A stretch of DNA of 64,000 nt from Felis catus (lineage: Eukaryota), in assembly GCF_018350175.1 (NCBI RefSeq), contig NC_058368.1, positions 231,634,001 through 231,698,000 on the forward strand, in the 5' to 3' direction. The position numbers and the translations under genes were made by a program. The notes beneath the pieces are model-generated. The model had not been told where the DNA came from, ran no database searches, and saw only the letters and a list, made by a program, of their open reading frames with translations. This document shows positions 24,690-37,273 of this stretch, one piece after another (position 1 is the first letter of the stretch; each line of letters starts with the position of its first letter).

Positions 24690-25580
24690 GACCAAGTTCA
24701 CGGGCCCCAGCAAGGGGTATGGACTTGATTCCAGTAAGAAGTGGAAGCCAGTACAGGGTGTTAAGCAGGGAGCCGTGTGATCTGGTTCACGTTGGTTTAC
24801 CCTGGCTGTCACACGGGGTGGACGGCGAAGGGCAGGAAGAAACAGGCCCATCTGGAAGCCCGCTTCAGACCAAGGCCCCTGGAGACAGTGCTGGCTATGC
24901 GCCTGGATGGCCTTGTGCAAGAGCTTCCATAACCTAGGGGATGGGAAATAGTCTTTTCTCCATGTTGCAGCTGGGGAAACCGAGGCACGGAGCTTTACCT
25001 CGGCCAATAAGAGATAGAGCCAAGATTCAAGCCTGGGTCCAGATTCAAGGCTCGGAGCTCCGTGTGCTGTTCCGTGGGCTCGGATGAGGGGAGAAGGAGG
25101 AGAGCTGGTGAGGAGAGGGCAGGGGCAGGAGATGTTCTGGAGACAGAACTGGCAGGATCTGAGTGACACGTGGACTGCGAGGCCGAGTGAGAAATTAAGA
25201 CGTGAGGTCTGCGCCACTGTGTGGATGGATGGTGGCGCCACCTGCCAAGACAGGAAGTGCAGTGAAAGCAGCAAGTTTGGAGGAGAAAACTATTAGCTTT
25301 GAGTATGAAAAGTTAGGGATGCCTTCCAGGAACTTCCGTGCATTTGTGGGGTAGGCAGTGGGATATAGTCCAAGAAGCTGGGGAGCCGCTGGAGCTGGAG
25401 AGGCAGACTGAGGCATCACCCCATGCAGGTGGTCTTTAGACTGGTGGGGAGGGAGTGGGAAGAGGTGCAGGAGAGAGAGATGTGGACTGAGCCTGAGCAG
25501 CACCAACCTGAGTGGTCAACAAGAGGGGATTTCAGTAAAAGACACGAAGGGAGGGCAGCCAGGAGGTGGGAGGACACCAG
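24690..25580 (+). mobile_element. L2 fragments with an embedded MIR (~24950-25070)
   Basis: TTAAGCAGGGAG..GTGATCTG and GGAGACAGAACTGGCAGGA (L2-like); GGGGAAACCGAGGCAC..GATTCAAGCCTGGGTC (MIR-like). Confidence 0.55.
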
Positions 25581-27351
25581 GAGAGGGCTGCGTGAGCTCC
25601 TGGCTGGCACTGCCTCTCTGGTGGTCTCATGACTCTGGGAACAGACAGCAAGGGCCATCGATCTGAGTCTACCCCCCTGTGTCAATGTTTGCCCGGACAG
25701 AAGGGCATCCCAAGCTCTCCCAGATGAAGGCATCAACCACAGCGTCCAAGGTCTAGCCCCCCTAGAGCTTGACACCCCGGTTTTGTATTTAGCTGCCAGC
25801 TGTGTTATAGGGACACCGCAGGCTGAAGGATGGGTACTGATCCTTGATCATGGTCTAATGAGGGATCATGAGACCCATCCAACCAAGGTGGATCCTGGGA
25901 TCCTTTGGGGGATTCAGACCAGCCTGAAAAGTAGATTTGCCTGAAGAAAAAAATCCTACATCATGGGCCGCCTCCTACCTTCTTTCAACATCTATGTTTT
26001 GTTTCCCATGAGGAAATCCCCAGCCTGGAGGATCTGAGGCCTGCTTGCTTCTTCATCCTGGGCCAGCTGCAAATTTTCAAAAATATTCTAGATCATTCTT
26101 TCCTACATGTTTTGGCTTCACACAGAAGCTGATTTTGAATTTAAGGTGAGCATTTGTAAACTTTTACTTAACATTTTTTTTGCATTAAAAATATTAAACT
26201 CCTACATCGTCAAGATTATCTAAGTTTGTTGAAGGTTTTCCCTGACAAAATTGAAATATTCCATTATGTTGCTTTTCTGGTTGGAGAATAATGATTTACT
26301 CTAAAAAATACATGACACAGGTCTTTGGCTCTTGTGCTGCATTCCTGTATGAAGCTTAACGGTTTTATCTGGAAACAATGAAGAATAACCCTGAAAGGCC
26401 AAGTAGCATTCTGGCTATGAATAGCTCAGCCCTGTGTGATCACAGAACACCAGACAACAAGAAATGCATTCAGATAAAATATGAGTAGGACACAATGAAA
26501 ACCTATTTCTCGTTGCCCTCGACCACCTGTATGTGCATTTGACGCATTGATGCTTTTGTCTTAGGGTAACCTAGTCTGTGTCCTTGTGGGACACGAAAAC
26601 ACAGCTTTAATGATACGCTCTAAATTTATTCTGGAGGCACCGATGTGATAATTTGCTCGCGAATCGGGTGCCGGATCGTTTATTCTTGTATTACGTCTTG
26701 CGTTATTTTCATCTTCGTGTGTCTTGTTGCTGCCACTACCACGAAGCATCTCTTCAATGCTTCCCGCGCCTGGCATCCGTCAAAGGGAGGGTTGTTTCCT
26801 GCATTTGGAAGCACCTTCCGAATGGAGGGGGCACTACAGATCGGCAGTGTGGATGTCATATCCCGGTGCTGGCGGAGAAGTAGCGACAGAAATACTCATC
26901 TGGAACCGGCTGGTTTCTTTTTGACTGATCAGGGAGTACCTCCACTGTAAGTATTTAAATTCGGCTGGCATTTCTTCCTACCTGCTTTGTGCTAGAGTTG
27001 TCTTTGGCACGTAGAATATGTTATTTTAATTGAATTATTCCACTAAATCTCACCCCAACCCAGGGGGGCATATAGTCTTCTCTGAGATTCAGAAAAGAGA
27101 AGTGAACTTGTGTCTGTCAATTCAGGAACACGTCATGGTGTCAGTCCCAGCCCAGTGTTGCTCAGAGCCTGGTGATGGGGACTTCCTTTGTGCTTTATTT
27201 ACATAATTAAATATTATTATTATTATTATTATCATTATTATTATTATAAAAGCTGTTGTAGAGAAATTTTGATGGCCTGTAGAGTAGAATTAAAGTTGTA
27301 TTTTCTGCCATCCACTAGTAACTCATTTATGTATTGACTACCAGGCTTTTT

Positions 27352-27355
<4 letters not shown>

Positions 27356-27394
<39 letters not shown>
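27356..27394. repeat. (TG)n microsatellite
   Basis: About 19 perfect units. Confidence 0.95.
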
Positions 27395-27404
<10 letters not shown>

Positions 27405-27669
27405 ATATTTGGATTTGGGTTCACACCATTAATAAATTTCATAGTCTACTTTTTAATCACTTGATATTATATTGTGCACGTTTGCACGGTGTTAATTTTT
27501 TCCAAGGTGTGGCTTTTATAGGTAACCTAGTGGCTGTATTGTGATTTACTTAACATTTCCCTTGCTGGTGACTCCTCGGTGCTTGACAGTTTCCTTCTTC
27601 TTATTTTCAAAAGGTTCCATAAGCAAATATATGCATAAATCTCTGGCTCCTTCTCCAGGCCTGGTTTCT

Positions 27670-28767
27670 TTTCTTTTTTGTTTCTTTTACTATAATTTCT
27701 TGTCAAGTTAGCTAACATACAGTGCATATACAGTGTGCTCTTGGTTTGGGGGGTAGATTCCCATAAACCATCGCTTACATACAACACCCCGTGCTCATCC
27801 CAATGAGTGTCCTCCTCAATGCCCATCACCCATCTTCTCCTCCCACTCCTGCCCCCCATCAACCTTCAGTTTGTTCTCTGTATTTGAAAGTCTCTGTATT
27901 TGAACGCCACCTGGGTGGCTCAGTCGGTTGAGCATCTGGCTTCAGTTCAGGTCATGATCTCACGGTTTGTGGGTTCGAGCCCCGCGTCGGGCTCCGTGCT
28001 GACAGCTCAGAGCCTGGAGCCTGCTTTGGATTCTGTGTCTCCCTCTCTCTCTGCCCCTCCCCTGTTGGTGCTCTGTCTCTCTCTCTCTCTCAAAAATAAA
28101 TAAATAAACATTTTTAAAAATTTTAAAAAAACAAAACAAACAAAAAAAGAAAGTCTCTTATGGTTTGCCTCCCTCTCTGTTTGAAACTATTTCTTCCTCT
28201 TCCCTTCCCCCATGATCTTCTGTTACATTTCTCAAATTCCACATATGAGATATCTGTCTTCCTCTGACATCTTATTTCACTTAGCATAATACCTTCCAGT
28301 TCCTTCCACGTTGCTGCAAATGGCAAGATTTCATTCTTTCTCTTTGCCGAGTAGTATTCCATTGTATACATAAACCACATCTTCTTTATCCGTTCATCAG
28401 TTGATGGGAATTTGGGCTCTTTCCATACTTTGGCTATTGTTGATAGTACTGCTACAAACATCGGGGTGCATGTGCCCCCATAGATCAACATTCCTGTGTC
28501 CTTTGGATAAATACCTAGTAGTGCTAGTGCTGGGTCATAGGGTAGCTCTATGTTTAATTTTTTGAGGAACGTTCGCACTTTTCCAGAGCGGCTGCACCAG
28601 TTTGCATTCCCACCAACAGTGCAAGAGGGTTCCTGTTTCTCTACATCCTGGCCAACATCTGTTGTTTCCTGAGTTGTTAATTTTAGCCACTCTGACAGGA
28701 ACGAGGTGGTGTCTCATTGTAGTTTTGATGTGTATTTCCCTGATGATGAGTGACGTTGAGCATCTTG
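27670..28767 (-). mobile_element. 5'-truncated LINE-1 (ORF2 end + 3'UTR)
   Basis: ORF remnants ELPYDPALALLGIYPK and [28 protein letters not shown](C/G)TGGTTTCT at 27654-27669 and 28768-28783. Confidence 0.93.
27905..28148 (+). mobile_element. Can-SINE nested in L1
   Basis: TSD GAAAGTCTCT; altered 5' junction. Confidence 0.93.
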
Positions 28768-31370
28768 TCCAGGCGTGGTTTCTAAAACTGGGATCACTGG
28801 ATTCCATGCCACGTGCTCTTGTGTGATACATGTAGAGAAATTGTTTATCATGCAAGATGCTTCTCTGAGTTACGACAGAGTGGATGTAAATGATCTGGTG
28901 TCCTTCCTGTCTTCTTGGAGGCTGGCGATGTTTGGATGCATGTTTATATGTGTAGGGGATGTACGTGTTAGTGAACAATGCTAATTCTTCTCAGATTTGC
29001 AGAAATTGTTCCTAGACCCAAGTCACGAGCTGCTTGTGAGTTGCGGTTTTTTGGAAGTGCAAATTTCATCTTCCTAGGTGGCCTTTGCAGTATGTTAGTA
29101 AGATTTTGGAAGCAGCTCAAAAATGCCAGCCAGAAAATATTTTAATCTAAAAAACCCCACTCCCACCAGGGCACTATAATCTGAAAGGTACTTTCAAAGG
29201 TGATCTCTGAAGCTTCAATAGAACCAAGTATTTTCCTTAAAAAGCGAAGAAAAATGATGTGACAAACGTGAGAAGTAAGTCCTGTAGGGGGACACAGAAG
29301 TGCTTGCCACATTGATACACATTTGTGAAGATTCCAGGTACATAAGTGATTTATAATCCTTCTGGAGTTAGGGAAGAAATATGATGAATTTTTCATTTAA
29401 TTTTCCAAAACTTAACTTCGCCTCCTGTAGATTTTCTATCATCCATCTGTTCCCAAGGCCCCTTGTTATCCTTCCTGTCTGACTGGTTAAACACATAACC
29501 TTTTAATTTATTTTTGAATAGCGTCCCTAAAGGAAATCTAGGGAAGATAAAGGCCAGGAGGTCATTTCAATTTTCTCTTCAATCTTTTGTGCTTTCTCTT
29601 CCATCCTCCCTAAATTGTAAAGTGATTAGATTCTTGCATTGTTTTGCTTTTTGAACTTCTACAAACATTCGCTTTTATTTTCCATATTGTTTTACTAGCT
29701 ATGCAATGCTCCTCTAGATGGGTTAGGAGCGCACAGCAATTCATTTGAAAATGGTCTGTTTTATGTTTATTTCCTTCTCCTTTTTTTCCTCGCAGAATCT
29801 AATGCCTCATCACTGTGGTTTTCCTGGCTTTAATTGTCAGCTGTACGCTGGGGTTCGCGGTACTTTGCTCTTTCCCTTGCTTTCCTTTGTTCTGATTCTT
29901 GCCTTCGCTTCTCTTCCCGCTCTGCCCCTTGGCAGAGAGCAGGTTTTCAGATGTTGCAGCACATCTGGTCCATTTATAGACAATAACTTCCGATTGTTTG
30001 TTTCCTCTTCTAGGTTTTTGTTGGGATTCATGGAGTCATAGAATGAATGCTAGCGTTGCTGTTTTCCCTCATCTATACATAATATTTCTCACACCACTTT
30101 TTTGTGACTTTCTTCATTCTAGTTCTTCAGTTTATTTTTAAATCCTACAAAACACATTCTCCAAAGGTTAAGCTTAAGCAAGGTTCTGATATAGGTGTTA
30201 TTTAGGGAGAGCAAAGTGAATTCAGACTTCCATGTCAGTGACTACCTTCTGTTTTTACACGTTCATGTATTTTTTTCTATGATTTGACTATGTATAGAAA
30301 AGCTTCGCAGAATATTATCTTTTGTTATCTTGGTGTACATTTGTACAAGAATATTCCACTGAGACAAGACAATAGGACATGTTTTTTTTCTTTCTTTCTT
30401 TTGGATAGGAAATCCCCGAAGAGAATTCTTTCCGTTTCCAATTCAGACAAAGCTTCTCATCCCCGAGGAACTATTTCCGCAGTAAGGTTAGGAACAAGGA
30501 ACTCTCACAAATTACAAATCATTCTCCATTCCCAGAAGGGTGTTTTTGGAAAGAGATCCTCTCCCCATGGGGTGTGAAGTTTGTCACCCTCTCTTCTCTG
30601 GATTCCAACAAGTAGGTGTCAAGCCTACATTTGTGAGCAGCTTTTGTGCTCTTTTAAAAATGTGGAACGAAAGGAAAAGATTCAGATCATTGCAAACCTT
30701 TCACATAGAAACCCATTTGGGAAAAATGAAGGTTTTCAGGACAACTTACCAGCTCTATGTTGTGATGTACTCAGATCTCACCCACATAGTCACACGAATG
30801 GTGTCTTTGTTCTGGTTGGGAAATGATGCATCACCAGCAATATATTTTACTTTGAAATGCTGTGAAATCTAGTATTTTTTTCCCCTGTGAACGTGGTGAT
30901 GTAAACCAGGGTTTAGTAATTTTAATAATCCAAGATTGGGGTCCTTTGACTCTCCCGAAAGATATAAAAGGTACGATATCCTGTTTTGTGCCTTTATATG
31001 CAGAAATTCCGTTGAATAGGCATTTTGTTTCTTAAGGTTCTTTTGTCTGGGGGGCTGTGTAGGTGGGTGGGAGAACAGTGGGAGAACAGAGTGTTGGGTA
31101 GGCTGAAGATCCACTGTTGGCAGGTTCAGCCTGCTCTGTAAGGGAGGAAGGAGTTTGGATAAGATACTCTTCTATAGTTACCAAAGTGGGGCTGGAGACA
31201 GGGTCTGCACGTTCTCATAATGGAAGAGTAGGATGCGGCACTCTGCTGTCTATTTTTCACTTGTCAAGGGCTCTGAGCATTCAGGGACATGATGGTAGAT
31301 GGTGCAAGGCTCTTGGGGACCCACATGAATCAGCCCAAAGGCAGCATCACTTAAAATAATCCAGGTTCTA

Positions 31371-31495
31371 GGGCGCCTGGGTGGCTCAGTTGGTTGAGTG
31401 TCCAACTTCAGCTCAGGTCACGATCTCCAGGTTCAGGGGTTCAAGCCCCACGTCAGGTTCTGTGCTGACAGCTCAGAGCCTGGAGCCTGCTTTGG

Positions 31496-31545
<50 letters not shown>

Positions 31546-31592
31546 TCTTTCTCCCTCTCAAAAATAAACACTAAAAAAAATAATTAAAAAAA
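31371..31592 (+). mobile_element. Can-SINE with a long (CT)n tract
   Basis: TSD ATCCAGGTTC. Confidence 0.93.
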
Positions 31593-32480
31593 CAGTCATC
31601 CAGGTTCCACTGTTATCTCTCTCCAGAGGAGAGATTTCCCAGGATTTGGAAACCTTGTCAGATTTCAGGGTTCCAGAAGACTATTCAGTGGAGCTCCAGA
31701 AAAAGCTAGGTAAAGTGGCTTTCATGAACATAAACTGTATGGAGCCAGAATAAGATGTGGTCTAACATTTATGCCTAGTTTTATTGCAGCAATTACTGGC
31801 TGTTCAGTAACAGGGTAGTGATTACTATTGCAACACTTGCAACCCTCCTGCTTGATGACACACACACACCATCAGAGTGCAGGCACAGAGAATCACAGTC
31901 CACTAGATAACAGAAAAAAGGCAGTGAAAGCCTATGTAAAAATATTTCAGAGGGCCGAGGGAGTTTAGAGAAAATAGCAAATAGTTCTTCATTAAAGTGA
32001 ATACATAAGCAAGAGGAAAATTATCAAAATTACTTTGCAAAGGTATTAACACTTTTTCTCTACTCTGAAATTTTAAAGTAGCATAGAGGCTTAAGTCTTC
32101 CATTTGTATAAAGGAAGTATAAATTCCTATTTTCCGTCATGAAACTGTAAAGGTTTTTTTTTTTTTTTTTTTTTCTGATACTAAAGTATAACTATCAAGA
32201 CCATCACTTTTAGTTAGGCCATTTTCCCTTTGCTACCTGACTCTGAACCAGCATCTTTTGTCTCATCCAACTCCAAAAAAAAAAAAAAATCTAAAATGAG
32301 GAATATAAAAAGAAAGAGCATATGTTGCACTACTCCTTTTAAAAGTTTATTAATTTGTCAGGAAAAGGTATATTTTCTCCTCAATTTGGCCACAACTTTC
32401 TCAGAGTGGCAATGCCCTTTTATTTGGATTAACATTTTCCCACAATCAAAGAGAAAGCATTTAAAAGAAAGCAATTGACA

Positions 32481-32712
32481 GGACACCTGGGTGGTTCAGT
32501 TGGTTAAGTGTCCAGCTTCAGCTCAGGTCATGATCTCATGGTTTGTGAGTTCAAGCCCGGTGTTGGGCTCTGTTCTGACAGCTCAGAGCCTGGATGGAGC
32601 CTACCTCAGATTCTGTATCTCCCTTTCTCTCTGCCCCTCCCCAGCTCGTACTCTCTCTCTCTTTCTCTCTCTCTGTCTCTCTCAAAAGTAATTAAACATT
32701 TAAAAAATTAAA
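32481..32712 (+). mobile_element. Can-SINE
   Basis: TSD AAAAGAAA(G/A)CAATTG. Confidence 0.92.
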
Positions 32713-34135
32713 AGAAAACAATTGCCTTTTGTGTATTAATCTTCTATCCTATGACCTTATTATTTTTTCTTAATAGTTATAAGAGTTATTTTGTCGATTC
32801 TTTGGAATTTTCTACATAGAGGATCATATCATCTGTCAATAGAGACAGTTTTATTTCTTTCTTCACATTAAATATAACTTATTCCTTTTTCTTGTCTTAT
32901 TGCACTAGTTAGTATTTCTAGTTTGGTGTTGAATACGAATGGTGTGAAAGAACATCTTATCTTTTCCCTGATATTAAAGGAAAAGCATCCAGGCTCTCAC
33001 CATTAAGTGTGATGTTAGCTACTGGTTTTTTTTTTTTGTTGTTGTTGTTGTCATTTTGTTTTGGAAATGTTTTAAAATAAAGTTGAAGAAGTTTCTCTCT
33101 CTTTTCAGTGTGCTGAGAGTTTTTTTTATCATGACTGGATGTTAATTTTGTCAAATGCTTTTTCTGTTTCAACTGACATGATTTTTCCTTTTTAATCTGT
33201 TGATGTGGTGGATTACAATGATTGATTTAAAATATTTTTAATTTATTTTTTTTTAGAGAGAGAGAGAGAGCAAGTGGGGGAGAGGGACAGAGGGGGAGAG
33301 AGAAAGAGGAAGAGAGAGAGAGACAGAGAGAGAGGGAGAGAGATAGAATCTCAAGCAGACTCCACACTCAGCATGGAGACTGACACAGGGCTTGATCCCA
33401 TGACCCTGGGATCATGACCTGAGCCAAAATCAAGATTGGATGCTCAACTGACTGAGCCACCCAGGTACTCATACAATGATTGATTTATTTAATTTTGAAA
33501 CAGCTTTGCATACCTGAACTGTTTTCTACTTGGTTTCAGAGTAAAATTCTTTTTATATGATTTTCGATTTTATTTGCTATTATTTTGCTGAAGATTTTTA
33601 AGTCCAGGTTTATGAGAGATATTGATCTGCAGTATTTTTTTCTTGTAATGTCTTTGTCTGGCTTTGCTATTATGGTAATGCTGGCCTCATAGCATGAGTT
33701 AGGAAGTATTCACTCTACTTCTCTCTTCTGGTAGACTTTTTAGAGAATTAGTATTATTTCTTTCTTAAGTTCTTGGTATAATTCACCACTGAACCTATCA
33801 AAGTCTGGTGATTTCTGTTTTGCAAGGTTATGAATTATTACTTTAGCTTTTAAGAACAAATATATGTTTATCCGAACTACTTCTCATATAAGTCTTGGTA
33901 GTTTGTGTTTTTCAAGGAACTGCTCCATTTCATTTAAGTTACAAAATTTGTGGGCATTTAATTATTCATAGTATTATTTTACTAGCCTTTTAATGTCCAT
34001 GAGATCAGTAGTGATGACCCCTCTTTCATTTTTGATATGGAAAATCTGTGTCTTCTCTTTTTTTGTGTTGGTGAGGGGCTTATCATATTTATTGGTCTTT
34101 TCAAAGAAACAGAATTTGTTTTTGTTGATTTTCTT
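32713..34135 (-). mobile_element. Old degenerate L1M ORF2 fragment
   Basis: Translated remnants ANITLNGESLDAFPLISGKR and FFEKTNKYDKPL..IKNERGVITTD. Confidence 0.85.
33230..33471 (-). mobile_element. Can-SINE nested in old L1
   Basis: TSD TACAATGATTGATTTA at 33214-33229 and 33472-33487. Confidence 0.92.
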
Positions 34136-34214
34136 CAAACCATTTATAAGAAAGAAGGAAGTAAAAGGCAATGCAGGTGAGTAAAGGAAAATGCACATTT
34201 ATTCACAACTGTCC

Positions 34215-34430
34215 TTTTTTAATGTTTATTCTTATTTTTTGAGAGAAAGAGAGACAGAGCACGAGTGGGGAAGGGGCAGAGAGAGAGAGAGGGAGATATA
34301 GAACCCGAAGCAGGCTTCAGGCTCTGAGCTGTCAGCACAGAGCCTGATGCAGGGTTCGAACCCACCAGCCATGAGATCATGACCTGAACAGAAGTTGGAT
34401 GCTTAACTGACTGAGCCACCCAGGCACCTC
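34215..34430 (-). mobile_element. Can-SINE
   Basis: Reverse-complement head, GA tract and T tail. Confidence 0.92.
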
Positions 34431-35008
34431 TAGATGACCTTTGCTTTGAAGGCACTGAGTAGTGTACCATTTACCAGAACAATTCAGTAACTGTTTTTTT
34501 GGTCATAACTGTTTTCTTTCCAGGAAAAAAATCCATACAGTAAAGATTTTCAAACTTCAGTTTGTATAACAATAATGTGGAGCTTATTTAAAATGTAGAT
34601 TCCTGGATCCCACCCAAATTCTGTTTGGTATATCTGTCGAGGGGGCCAGAAATTTATTAATTTTATAAACACACAGGCAAATATAATACAGTTGCCTGAT
34701 GACCGTTTGTTGACAAAAAGCCATGTAGATATGAAGATTTACCGTTGCCATTGACCTTGGAGCCAGAAAGGCCCTCAGAGGTCATTCCATCCTGACCATT
34801 CATTTTATGAATGAGATACTGGACCCCTAGAATAGGCTATGAATAGTTGGTCAGTGTTGGTGCTGGGAACTGAGTCCACAATTTCAGCCTCCCAGTAGAG
34901 TGATGCATTACTACAGAACATTGGTGATGAGTGTTCGGCTTGATCATCCAATTTACTTAGTCAATTAAACGTTGAATGTATTTTGACAATTATAAAAATC
35001 AAATTTTA

Positions 35009-35225
35009 GGGGCGCCTGGGTGGCTCAGTCAATTGAGCATCCGACTTCGGCTCAGGTCATGATCTCGCGGTCCATGAGTTCGAGCCCCATATCGGGCTCT
35101 GTGCTGACAGTTCAGAGCCTGGAGCCTGTTTCAGATTCTGTGTCTCCCTCTCTCTCTGACCTTCCCCCATTCATGCTCTGTCTCTCTCTGTCTCAAAAAT
35201 AAATAAATGTTAGTAAAAATTTTAA
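35009..35225 (+). mobile_element. Can-SINE
   Basis: TSD AAAAATCAAATTTTA. Confidence 0.94.
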
Positions 35226-36330
35226 AAAATCAAATTTTATACAATGAATGTGTTTAATTACTTTTGAATTTGCAAAGAGCATGTGATAGATATGATGTTT
35301 CATAAGTAGAATAATGGAATGGGGTCACCACTGTCTGCTTTGACGTCTTCATTCCCAATAGCTATAATGAGACAAAGCTGTGCAGAATTTGATGGTTCAC
35401 CAATCTAGCTGAACATTCTAGGCATAGGGACTTAATTATCAGAGTTCCCTCATTAGCTGATGAGAAAAACAAAATCTTTCACACCTGTTTATATTTGTAT
35501 GTGGGTCATGATTTTCCCATTTGGATTATTCTTTACTAGTTTGGAGGTGCCAGTTAGATATGAAGATTTACCTAACAAACTGTTGCCAGAGAGGTACACA
35601 TCATGGACTGTTCAAGCCTGTGTGGGTTTTATCATAGTTTCCCATCTGAGTTCAAAGTGACTTAAACTTTCACATTTTTAAATTTTATTTTATTGTTTAT
35701 TTATTTATTTATTTATTTATTGTTTATTGCTTATTTATTTATTGTTTCGCTTATTTTATTCTTTTCCCCTGATTGTGTGTTTTTTGTTTCTGGTTCACAC
35801 AGATGGTTCATGTGGGTGCTAATTTACTCTCCACTGGAGACAGCAATGATTGGAAATTTGGTTCTGCCATCTATGGTTTGTTGATTTCTACAGGTGGAGT
35901 ATAGTGAACTATTCTCTGTTGGGTGACAGACAACAGGAAATTTTTTTTTCACCCTTTGTGTTTGTCTATTCTAAGCTCGAATCAAGGAAAAACTTCTGGG
36001 AAGGAGAACAACTCTTTGAGACCAAGGCCACAGAGGTTTGTGTGTCTCTATTTACTTTAGAACTGAGGCTGATATTGTAGAACTGAAGCTATACATTCTC
36101 TATGTGTCTTCATGTCCGTGTGTCTGTGTATGTAATTGAGAAAGGCTTTTTCCTCTGGTATTAGTAGGATTACCCACCCCACCCCCCATCTCCAGAGGAT
36201 ATTAACAAATTAGGTTATCATGTGTCTTATAGTAAAAGAGCTCTCTTCTAACCATTTACTGAGATAAATATAAATTTACATAAATAAAATATTTCTGAAT
36301 CTTCACCCAAAGTAATGAAATTGAATTTCT

Positions 36331-37118
36331 TTTTTTTTTATTTTGTTTTATTTTTTTTAATTTACATCCAAGTCAGTTAGCATATAGTGCAACAATGATT
36401 TCAGGAGTAGATTCCTTAATGTCCCTTATCCATTTAGCTCATCCCCCCCTCCCACAACCCCTCTAGTAACCCTCAGATTGTTCTCCATATTTAAGAGTCT
36501 CTTATGTTTCGTCCCCCTCCCTGTTTTTATATTATTTTTGGTTCCTTTCCCTTATGTTCATCTGTTTTGTATCTTGAAGTCCTCATATAAGTGAAGTCAT
36601 ATGATATTTGTCTTTCCCTGACTGACTAATTTTGCTTAGCATAATACCCTTCAGTTCCATCCACATAGTTGCAAATGGCAAGATTTCTTTCTTTTTGATG
36701 GCCGAGTAATACTCTGTCATGTGTGTATACATATATATGTATATATAGACACACACATACCGCATCTTCTTTATCCATCCACCCATCGATGGACATTTGG
36801 GCTCTTTCCATACTTTGGCTATTGTTGATAGTGCTGCTATAAACATTGGGGTGCCTGTGCCCCTTTGAAACAGCATACCTGTGTCCCTTGGATAAATACC
36901 TAGTAGTGCATTTACTGGGTCATAGGGTAGTTCTATGTTTTATTTTTTGAGGAACCTCCATACTGTTTTCCAGAGTGCCTGAACCAGTTTGCATTCCCAC
37001 CAGCAGTGCAAAAGAGATCCTCTTTCTCCGTATCCTCGCCAACATCTGTTGTCGCCTGAGTTGTTAATGTTAGGCATTCTGACAGGTGTGAGGTGGTATC
37101 TCATTGTGGTTTTGATTT
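36331..37118 (-). mobile_element. 5'-truncated LINE-1
   Basis: ORF2-end remnant (36583-36876); perfect duplication GTAATGAAATTGAATTTCT at 36312-36330 and 37119-37137. Confidence 0.95.
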
Positions 37119-37273
37119 GTAATGAAATTGAATTTCTAATAATTTAAGAGAGTTACAGCTAAAATGATTATTCTGCTGGGTCAGAAACATTTTAAGAACC
37201 CAAGTTTACACAATTAAGATAAAGCTTTGTTGAATAGGACTGGTTTAATCATTGTGATTTTCAAAAATAAGTC

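Noticed and set aside
24324..25274. 316-aa minus-strand ORF (also the 219-aa ORF at 23828-24487 and the 184-aa ORF at 23153-23707)
   Set aside because: Pro/Ser/Leu-rich with no recognisable domain, antisense to purine-rich L2/MIR/MER5 relics; stop-codon depletion is expected in this GC-rich tract.
34150..34183. Perfect donor CAG|GTGAGT
   Set aside because: It sits between an old L1 and a SINE with no credible acceptor or reading frame.
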